This document shows positions 56,806 to 64,000 of a stretch of DNA of 64,000 bases, one piece after another. The notes beneath the pieces are model-generated. The model did not search any database, was not told the DNA's origin, and saw only the letters and a program-made list of their open reading frames with translations. Numbering within the stretch: position 1 is the first letter of the stretch; each line of letters begins with the position of its first letter. Location of the stretch: IMG/VR virus record IMGVR_UViG_3300024249_000001, positions 935 through 64,934 of that record, one strand, 5' to 3'. The position numbers and the translations under genes are program-made. This DNA is from a virus. Taxonomy: Duplodnaviria > Caudoviricetes.

Positions 56806-57216
56806 ATGACAACCCCCCGGAACGAACCCAACCGCGGCGGCCGTCCGATCGTATGGGTGCCGTGCGGATGGTGCGGCACGCGATTCAAGACCTCGGAACT
56901 TCCCAAGCATTTGAAAGACTGCACGCTTAGGCCGGCCCGGACCAAGATTCCCCAACGTAGGCGTAAGGGACGGTATAAGAAGCACGCCTGGAAGCAGATG
57001 GTTAGGTACTTTGCGCAGCAGCTTATGCGTGTGGAAGAACATAAGCACAAAGGAGTTGAACTAGAAAAAGTACTCGCGGATGTCGCTTGGCTATACGAGC
57101 ATCTGATCTGGGGATTGCAGGATGAATGGAAACGCCTGCCGGATTCTACTGCGTCCGAACGCGCTGATATTTTCCTCGGACAGGACGATCCAGGTGGCCC
57201 TTTTCCACTTGATTGA
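56806..57216 (+). CDS. Zn-finger hypothetical protein
   Basis: CGWC...HLKDC; extended -10 TGcTATACT 6 nt upstream. Confidence 0.6.
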   Translation: MTTPRNEPNRGGRPIVWVPCGWCGTRFKTSELPKHLKDCTLRPARTKIPQRRRKGRYKKHAWKQMVRYFAQQLMRVEEHKHKGVELEKVLADVAWLYEHLIWGLQDEWKRLPDSTASERADIFLGQDDPGGPFPLD

Positions 57217-58168
57217 AGAGCCATTTCTCGACAAGGGACTGGGAGAGAGTGAAGTTCTTACCCTCTTGGATGAACTCGCGGGTAGGGATCAGGCGGTCGA
57301 AGGCTTGCTGCCCGATCCAGTAGTCCATCAGGCTCATGAGATCCTGTTCGACGGGGTCTTCGTAGAGTACTAGTCGGCCACCCTGGTCCTTGTCCATTTT
57401 GTACTTGAGTGTGAAATCTCCGGCGCCCCCGCGGGTGCACACATGGACCCGACGGATCGGATCGGCCGGCTCTTTTGGATTGTCGCGCTGCATGACGATC
57501 ATGAGGTCAGCGAAGCCGGCCCAGGCGGCTGATCCTAAAGCTTGCTCGCGCGGGCTGGTGTAGGCTTCGCCCTCTTTGGCCTTGGCGGTGTGGATAGATC
57601 CGAGGATGGTGATCTTATGTTTCTTGCACAGAGCTCCACAGTCGGCCAGGAACCGCGAGACGACACCGTAGTCGTTGAGCTTGCCGTCCGGAACGAGTGT
57701 GCCAAAGCCGTCGATAAAGAGCAGGCGGTGGGATTTGTAGTGATGGGTGCAGGCTGAGACGATGCGTTCGATAGAAGTAGGCGCGTCACGTTGGGGGAAG
57801 AAGGCGAAGCGATGGTGTGGGATGCCCAAGCTGGTGAGGCGGTCATAGTGTGAGTCTTCGTCCCGGTCGCAGGAGACGATGACCACGCCAGTTTGGCGAA
57901 CCTGGCGTCCATAAACCAGACGGCCTTCCTGGATGTCGTCGCAGAGATCGAAAGAGTGGGTGGTCTTGCCTACGCCGGCCGGACCCACGAGTAGGCAAAG
58001 CTGGCCGATAGGCATGATCTGATCGACGATCCACTCGCGGGGCGGATGAACATAAGGAAGGATGATCTTAGAAGGCGGGGCGGATTTTTCGTCTGGCATT
58101 GATCTCCATTCGGGCACACTTGGACCGCGCGGCGGATGGAGGACCGCGCACGGGTCCAAGTGGTTCAC
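57146..58168 (-). CDS. RepA-like (AAA_25) replicative helicase
   Basis: GPAGVGKT (Walker A), LFIDG (Walker B), HTAK and GSAAW; TTGACA-N16-CATAAT at 58238-58211. Confidence 0.8.
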   Translation of the reverse strand: MNHLDPCAVLHPPRGPSVPEWRSMPDEKSAPPSKIILPYVHPPREWIVDQIMPIGQLCLLVGPAGVGKTTHSFDLCDDIQEGRLVYGRQVRQTGVVIVSCDRDEDSHYDRLTSLGIPHHRFAFFPQRDAPTSIERIVSACTHHYKSHRLLFIDGFGTLVPDGKLNDYGVVSRFLADCGALCKKHKITILGSIHTAKAKEGEAYTSPREQALGSAAWAGFADLMIVMQRDNPKEPADPIRRVHVCTRGGAGDFTLKYKMDKDQGGRLVLYEDPVEQDLMSLMDYWIGQQAFDRLIPTREFIQEGKNFTLSQSLVEKWLFNQVEKGHLDRPVRGKYQRVRTQ

Positions 58169-58353
58169 TCAGCAGGACATGACCCCTGCTGGTCCTGTTA
58201 GGGATGAGCTATTATGACAGTTCCGCGACGGATGTCAAGGCTCAATTTGGGGACACTCGCCCGGGCGAATGCAAATGGAATTGCGCTGGAATATAACAGG
58301 AGATTATGGCAGGACGCGCTGGCAAAAATAATTGGAAACTTGGCGCGATTCGC

Positions 58354-58382
58354 TATTGACACACGCTAGGGATCGGAGTAGG
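58354..58382 (+). promoter_or_regulatory. sigma70-type promoter, divergent from the helicase promoter
   Basis: TTGACA-N17-TAGGGT. Confidence 0.6.
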
Positions 58383-58430
58383 GTAGTGATTGTCCCCAGG
58401 AGGAAATACAACGTGCAAGGAGATGCAAAT

Positions 58431-58800
58431 GTGGCTTAGCGAAGCATTGATTCTCGGCAGGGCGCTCCGACGAAAATGCAGGCACGTATTGTTTGGCGCG
58501 AACACCTCTTGCGCGATGGGCGCGGTGATTGAAGCGCTCGGATATGTGCCACTGTTGGGCGCTCCACTTTTAACCAGCGCGCTGATCGCAAATGGGGATT
58601 CCAAAAACAGAGCCACAATTTATGCACTGGAACACATGAACGACACGCTGGACGTCGATGCGGAATATCTTGCGGACTGGCTAAAGCGCACCGGCCGGGA
58701 TTTCGAAATCCGCGGCCGGTTCGTGGATAACGTGTGGGAGGCAAATGTCGAGACGGATTCCAGTGTAGCGCAAGGATCAGAAGCTCATGCGACTGTCTGA
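58431..58800 (+). CDS. hypothetical protein
   Basis: AAGGAG upstream; start position approximate. Confidence 0.5.
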
Positions 58801-59041
58801 TCTGGATCTCACGGAGCTAGTTGAGTGGCGCACAGTCACGCTGGCGCTCCCGGCGGAGATCGACCGCGCGCTGGAGCTGGTCGCGGCCCGGCGCGGCTGG
58901 ACCAAGAAGGAGACGGTCGCGTGGGCGCTCACCGGGCGGGCTGAGCTAAGGCGAGAAATGCAGGGTGAGGTCGAGCGGCTCCAGGCAAGGGAGCGCGGGA
59001 ATCACGCGCGGGCATTAAAGGTGAACGGAGGGAAGCGATGA
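58787..59041 (+). CDS. ribbon-helix-helix-like DNA-binding protein
   Basis: TVTLALPAEIDRALELVA...KKETV. Confidence 0.5.
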   Translation: MRLSDLDLTELVEWRTVTLALPAEIDRALELVAARRGWTKKETVAWALTGRAELRREMQGEVERLQARERGNHARALKVNGGKR

Positions 59042-59388
59042 CAGAAGAACTGAATGCGGTGATTCGGAGTTTGCATTTGGGGCCGGAGGACCACGGGATC
59101 TTCACGGCATTTGTCACACTCGAATTGAGCGACGGCTCGACGCAGGGATTCGGCGGATATGACCTCAGGCATCATAATGCGGCGTTTCAGTTTGTAAGCG
59201 AGTGCTTGCGAATTGCTCATGTGGAAGATTGGACTGCGCTTGTGGGCAAGCCAATCAGGGCACGTCGCGTGGACAGGATCGTCGTGGCAATCGGAGATCT
59301 GCTAAAGGATAAGTGGTTCGTCGCAAAACAGATGTATGACGAGCCGCATGTCGCGGTGGTGGATGGTAGCGAGGTAGTGCGAACATGA
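59038..59388 (+). CDS. hypothetical protein
   Basis: GGAGG SD; QGFGGY motif. Confidence 0.65.
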   Translation: MTEELNAVIRSLHLGPEDHGIFTAFVTLELSDGSTQGFGGYDLRHHNAAFQFVSECLRIAHVEDWTALVGKPIRARRVDRIVVAIGDLLKDKWFVAKQMYDEPHVAVVDGSEVVRT

Positions 59389-59405
59389 CCGGACGGAGGG
59401 AAGCG

Positions 59406-59786
59406 ATGACGAAGCAACAGGAACGGAAGCAGGTCATACGGAAGTTCATGCGGGAGTTCTATACAGATGAACGGCTGGCGCAGTTGCTTGCGCATGCGCA
59501 GGACGGGAAGCTGACCTACTGTTCCTGCTGTTGTTTGATTGGTCTGCGAACCGCGCAGCACGCGCTGGAAGGCGCGAATGAAAACTGGATCGCTTATGCT
59601 GAGCATGAATCGCCGCACAATGCACTATCGGGGGATGCTAGCGAGGCTTACTGCAATTTAGGAATAGGCAACGACCCGAAGCGGCGCAGGATTCTGATCC
59701 CGATGATCCGCGCGGAGTTCAAACGCCGTGGGATGCTGGCCAAGCGGGAGGTGGTCGATGGTCGAACTGCTCACGTCGCGGTCTAG
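59406..59786 (+). CDS. hypothetical protein
   Basis: GGAGG SD; CSCCCLIG; start position approximate. Confidence 0.55.
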   Translation: MTKQQERKQVIRKFMREFYTDERLAQLLAHAQDGKLTYCSCCCLIGLRTAQHALEGANENWIAYAEHESPHNALSGDASEAYCNLGIGNDPKRRRILIPMIRAEFKRRGMLAKREVVDGRTAHVAV

Positions 59787-61215
59787 GATCCTCACTCGGC
59801 AGCGCTGCGCTCGCGCGCGGTACTGGATGGACGAGGCGTTAGGGACTGGGTTCTCCCCGGTCAAGGTGGCGATTCCGTTGGCTACGGGCGGGGCGGTCCA
59901 CGCCGGACTTCGAACGCTAATGCTCGGGGGGATGCAGCCGAATATACACTGGCCTGTGCTGATCGAGGCAGCAGTAATCGATGCGTGCGACCACTTCCAG
60001 GGCGAGTGTAAGGATCGGCAGCTCGACCTGGACGCGCTGGAGTCCCAGTCCTTTGTGTATGCCGAGCAGCTGGCGCTCACCGAGGCGCTGGTCAGGCTCG
60101 CGGGAACGAGAGTGATCCCCAGACTGCTGGAGCTATACGAAGTGCTCGAGGTCGAGCGGCTCGACACGGCTCCGCTCGTCGCGCAAGAACGCTTCAGCAG
60201 TTCGGAGTCGCCAAACGGCACGATTCGCATTGAGGCGAGCCTTAACGAGTGGAGCGTCCTGTTCCGCTCGATTCCGGACGCGCTGGTGCGCTCCCGGGCG
60301 GATGGGGATCTTTATGTGATCTCCTGGAAGACGACCTCGGAGTACTCGGCCCAGCGGGATCAGGACGCCCGGACGGACATGCAGGGACTCTCGGAGGCTT
60401 GGGCAGCTGAGAGGCGACTGGCACGTTGGCAAAAAGAACTGGACGACTGGGACGATGTGGGCTGTCCGACTGCGCCTGAATTGCCGCAGTGGTTCCTGGA
60501 CCATTATGCCGAGAAAAGGGTTCCGCAGATCCGGGGCGTCCAGATGATCTATCTGGTCAAGGGCGCTCGGCGCAAGAATCCCGATGGGGCCTACGCCACG
60601 CAATCCTCGCTGATTAAGGGGCTGCGCAAGACGGACCTGACCGGGCTGCTCGCGCCGGAGTTCGCCACAGAACGATTCTATACGTGCACCGAGCCACATC
60701 CGTTCAAGTATGCCAAGGGCGGGACTTGCCCGGGAGGCGTGAACCACAAGCGCGGGGAGGACTGGGTCTCGACAAACGTTTGGGAGACGGACGGGGGAGT
60801 GAAGGCGTGGATGGAGTTGCTGGATCGGGGCGGCGTTGGCGGAGCCGGGATCGCGGCGCTCGATTCGGCGTGGGTCATGCCGATCCCGCACTTCCGCACG
60901 ACGGCGAGTGTGCGCTCGTGGGAGAGGCAGACGAAAGCGGGGGAGGCCAAGCACGCGCGGGATCTCCTGCTGATCCGGCAGTATGAGGCAGGACTCGCGG
61001 AACATCCCGAGGATAGCGAACTGTGGGAGTCTTGGAACTCCCGGCTGGATGAGGTCTTCCCGCAGACGACCGAGCGGTGCGGGGACTGGTTCCACCGACT
61101 TTGCCCCGCATGGAATCTGTGCTGGGGACCTCCTCATGTGGCTCAAGATCCAGTAGGTTCAGGGCTTTACCAAATTAAAACGCAATATCAGCCGGAGGTT
61201 GAGAGTGTCTCCTAG
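59728..61215 (+). CDS. Cas4/RecB-like PD-(D/E)XK exonuclease with Fe-S cysteines
   Basis: N-terminal RC; IPD...ISWKT; Q motif; C-terminal C...CPAWNLC; true start may be slightly downstream. Confidence 0.75.
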   Translation: MGCWPSGRWSMVELLTSRSRILTRQRCARARYWMDEALGTGFSPVKVAIPLATGGAVHAGLRTLMLGGMQPNIHWPVLIEAAVIDACDHFQGECKDRQLDLDALESQSFVYAEQLALTEALVRLAGTRVIPRLLELYEVLEVERLDTAPLVAQERFSSSESPNGTIRIEASLNEWSVLFRSIPDALVRSRADGDLYVISWKTTSEYSAQRDQDARTDMQGLSEAWAAERRLARWQKELDDWDDVGCPTAPELPQWFLDHYAEKRVPQIRGVQMIYLVKGARRKNPDGAYATQSSLIKGLRKTDLTGLLAPEFATERFYTCTEPHPFKYAKGGTCPGGVNHKRGEDWVSTNVWETDGGVKAWMELLDRGGVGGAGIAALDSAWVMPIPHFRTTASVRSWERQTKAGEAKHARDLLLIRQYEAGLAEHPEDSELWESWNSRLDEVFPQTTERCGDWFHRLCPAWNLCWGPPHVAQDPVGSGLYQIKTQYQPEVESVS

Positions 61216-61699
61216 CGATTTGCAAAAGATTCTCGCGGTGTGGCCGGCGGAGCGCGATCTCGACCTGCGCTTCTTCGCAATGGTTCAGGTCACGGATAGC
61301 TGCTGGCTGTGGCTCGGATCGAAAGACGCCAAGGGCTACGGGCGCGTGAGTCGAAACGATTATCCAATTCTGTGCACACGCTATATACTTGGTGAATTTA
61401 ATGGCACTCCGGTTCCGGATGAACTCGAAGCATGCCATTCGTGCAATACTCCATCGTGCATTCATCCGAAGCATTTGTATCAAGCCCCGCACGCGATCAA
61501 TATGGCAGATGCCGGACGTGATGGATTGATGGCTTCAGGTCCGCATCATTACCAGAGCACAAAAACGTGCTGTCCGAATTGCGGCGGCCCTTATAGTTTG
61601 AACACGTATGGAAAGCGCATTTGTAAGCCTTGTCGTGCAATTTTGAACGCTGGCTACCATGAACGCCGTAGGTTTAAGGAGAAGAAACGAAATGGCTGA
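61199..61699 (+). mobile_element. HNH homing endonuclease
   Basis: CWLWLG...GYG...ACHSCNTPSCIHPKHL. Confidence 0.85.
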
Positions 61700-62714
61700 T
61701 AGACCCGATAGCCTACTTGCGTACGGGGATACTGGCTGCGGCAAAACCGTCCAGCTCGGCGAGCTTGCCAAGTGGGAGTTCCTGCGCACCGGGCGGATCT
61801 CGCGGCTGCTCTCGGCGGACAGTGGGTGGGATCCGATTGAGGATTTGGTCACGCATCCGGGCAAGCCGTTCGGCACGCTGACGCCCTCCGGGCCGGTGTG
61901 CATTGAGGCGTGGAACATCCAGCACATCCGGCATCCGTTCCCGACGCTGGTGAAGCTCTCCGAAGGCGCGACCAATCCGCGGGCGAGTGCGGATGGGATG
62001 AAGACCCAGCTGAACGCGGCGAAGTGGAAGGATGGGAAGCTTATGTCAGATGACGGATCGGCACCGGTGGGGATGATCGCGATCGAGGGACTCTCGACGA
62101 TCAGTTCCATGCTGATGCAGGACCACATCCGGGAGCAGCGGAAGATCGCGGAGGATATTGTGGGGGATTTTCAAGACCAGATTGATTCCGTCGCGGACGG
62201 GAAGGTACAGACGCAGACGTTCAAGTTCGGAAAGTCCGGTCGGGCGCATTATGGGCACGTACAGGATTTCGTTCTGCTGGATCTGGTGCCGAGGTTCGCG
62301 ACGCTCCCAGTCGCTAGGGTCGTCTGGACCGCGCACGAGGCCAAGGGGACGGACGATATTACGGGCGTGAAGGACTCGGTCCTGGGCCCGGCGACCATCG
62401 GCAAGGCGGCGGTGGCCCGGACGGCCATGAAGTTCGGCGATACGTTCCATCTAGTAGCGTCGACAGCTAGCGTCACTGGTGCCGATCGCCAGAGCCGCCT
62501 GGTGACCACTTACCGCGCGTACTATGGCCCGCATCCGGATGAGCAGCTGACGCGGATGTACTGGCCGGCGAAGCTCTCGCTCCCGTTGGATAGGATCGAT
62601 GAACTGAACCGCGTGTTTCCGGGTGGGTACGTGCCGCTGACGATACATGAGGGCGGATTGGAACGGTTCCTCGATTTTAAGCTGGGAGCGCAAGTGCAGG
62701 ACGCGAAGGCATGA
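61692..62714 (+). CDS. Sak4-like AAA ATPase (single-strand annealing recombinase)
   Basis: YGDTGCGKT, IAIEGLS, YG.VQ and WTAHE motifs. Confidence 0.75.
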   Translation: MADRPDSLLAYGDTGCGKTVQLGELAKWEFLRTGRISRLLSADSGWDPIEDLVTHPGKPFGTLTPSGPVCIEAWNIQHIRHPFPTLVKLSEGATNPRASADGMKTQLNAAKWKDGKLMSDDGSAPVGMIAIEGLSTISSMLMQDHIREQRKIAEDIVGDFQDQIDSVADGKVQTQTFKFGKSGRAHYGHVQDFVLLDLVPRFATLPVARVVWTAHEAKGTDDITGVKDSVLGPATIGKAAVARTAMKFGDTFHLVASTASVTGADRQSRLVTTYRAYYGPHPDEQLTRMYWPAKLSLPLDRIDELNRVFPGGYVPLTIHEGGLERFLDFKLGAQVQDAKA

Positions 62715-63037
62715 TCGAACTCACTACAGAGCGCGGCCTGATTCGCATCGTAGCGCAGCGCTGGCATAAGCAGTACGATCAGTTGAACCAACCCGATAAG
62801 CATGAGATCGGAAGGATTCTGGACCGGCTGGATTTGGAGACCGTAAGCTCCGAAGAGATCGCGCGGGTGATTGGGAATGGGAGTTGGACCCGGATCACTT
62901 GCGATGCCTGCGGGACAGATGTGAAGCTCGCGGTGATCTGCGGCGAGGAGCCAGGATACGAAAGTTCGACAGCGATATTATGCGGGGATTGCCTGGAGAA
63001 GGCATCCGCGTTAATGACGGCGGGAAAGACCGCATAA
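62711..63037 (+). CDS. Zn-finger hypothetical protein
   Basis: CDAC...CGDC. Confidence 0.55.
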   Translation: MIELTTERGLIRIVAQRWHKQYDQLNQPDKHEIGRILDRLDLETVSSEEIARVIGNGSWTRITCDACGTDVKLAVICGEEPGYESSTAILCGDCLEKASALMTAGKTA

Positions 63038-63085
63038 ACCGAGCACTACGGCAATTGGTGCAATTCACAACTAGGAGCAATCGCA

Positions 63086-63733
63086 ATGAGCACAGCAGCA
63101 ACGGGTCCAGACATCAACCAATTGGATCTTATGAATGAACTCGTCGAGGTCGACGGGAATGTAGATGCGGAGCAGTTCTTTAACCCGCCGTTGGCCGACG
63201 ACGGGGAACATGAGGTCACGCTGAACATGGGGAACAGGGGCGTGAAGGCCGAGCGCCAGTGGGAAGGGGAAGGGAAGGCCCGGAAGCGCTCAGGCGCGGG
63301 ATTCTTGAACATTCACCTTCAACTCAAGCAGGTCAAGGACAACGGGGAAGAGGGCGGGACGGTCGCGTTCGACCAGCTGACCACGATCCCGATGGACACG
63401 AACGTGGGCAGGACCACGCGGGCGCACGTAGTTTTCGACCTCGCTGGTTTTCCCCTGCAAGAGAAGTCCCTCGGCGGGCTGATGCAGGAGATCCAGCTAG
63501 CCGTCGCACAGAAGCCGAAGGTGAAGGCCGTCACGCGCTGGGAAGCGCAGGTCAACTCCGGCACCAAGGACGCTCCGAAGTATGAGACCGTCGTGCAGGG
63601 GCAGAAGAATTTCCCCCCGCTGCTCGACAAGGACGGGAATGACACTGGACGGTTTAATCCGGAAGTGACGGATCCCAAGAGCGGGCAGGTCGTGCGGGCT
63701 CAGGTCAGGGTAGTTAAGTATGGCAGAGCATAA
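63086..63733 (+). CDS. probable ssDNA-binding protein
   Basis: Follows the Sak4-like gene; OB-fold-like composition; AGGAG SD. Confidence 0.5.
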   Translation: MSTAATGPDINQLDLMNELVEVDGNVDAEQFFNPPLADDGEHEVTLNMGNRGVKAERQWEGEGKARKRSGAGFLNIHLQLKQVKDNGEEGGTVAFDQLTTIPMDTNVGRTTRAHVVFDLAGFPLQEKSLGGLMQEIQLAVAQKPKVKAVTRWEAQVNSGTKDAPKYETVVQGQKNFPPLLDKDGNDTGRFNPEVTDPKSGQVVRAQVRVVKYGRA

Positions 63734-63950
63734 TCCGACCAAGACCCTGCTGGAGCAGGAAGCGGAACTCGCCAAGGCGAAGGCTAAGGCGATCACGGAC
63801 CTGCTCGACGAGCGGGTGGCGCTCAGCAAGACCACAGCCGCGCGCCTCGATGCCATCGCGGGGGAGCTGAAGGCGCTGGGATGGCACCGCACCCGGTTGG
63901 CACAGGACGTCCAGGACGCTAAGAAGTCCGAGAGCGCCGGGGCGAAGTAG
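63720..63950 (+). CDS. small helical hypothetical protein
   Basis: Overlaps the upstream stop; coiled-coil. Confidence 0.55.
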   Translation: MAEHNPTKTLLEQEAELAKAKAKAITDLLDERVALSKTTAARLDAIAGELKALGWHRTRLAQDVQDAKKSESAGAK

Positions 63951-64000
63951 TTTCCTCCGATCCTTGGGACGGCCAGGACGCGCGGGCGCTGGCCGTATTT

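Noticed and set aside
1-64000. The window as a complete circular genome
   Set aside because: Joining the end to the start does not supply the missing UDG N-terminus; primase and other genes likely lie outside the window.
1-64000. Integrase, repressor cassette, tRNA genes, purZ or thymidylate-synthase-like base-modification genes
   Set aside because: None was recognisable in the window, so lifestyle and DNA modification cannot be determined from this sequence.

Overview
A 64-kb, GC-rich segment of a tailed dsDNA phage genome with a P22-like podovirus virion module. No integrase, tRNA or CRISPR array was seen. The host is probably an Acidobacterium (Bryobacteraceae/Solibacter-like), inferred from He_PIG repeats, cohesin/dockerin-type domains and signal peptides with Gln at +1. 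Gene order: (1) a 5'-truncated UDG-exonuclease-PolA fusion whose polymerase motifs are strongly altered; (2) an operon of five glycosyltransferases and two methyltransferases; (3) a minus-strand block (10982-22739) of lysis-type membrane genes and large exported proteins; (4) a split terminase, portal, scaffold, capsid, head-tail, tail and ejection genes (22790-52631); (5) small early genes, a probable origin, a RepA-like helicase, a Cas4-like nuclease, a Sak4-like ATPase and a probable SSB. The most striking signal is a candidate cohesin-dockerin adaptor system. A secreted 1473-aa Ig-repeat protein ends in a dockerin-like domain, a cytoplasmic cohesin sits inside the interrupted tail-hub locus, and an Ig domain there is split between genes at the same position twice. 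Tailspike-like proteins also carry Sec or Tat signal peptides. All family assignments come from motif recognition by eye; no database search was run.
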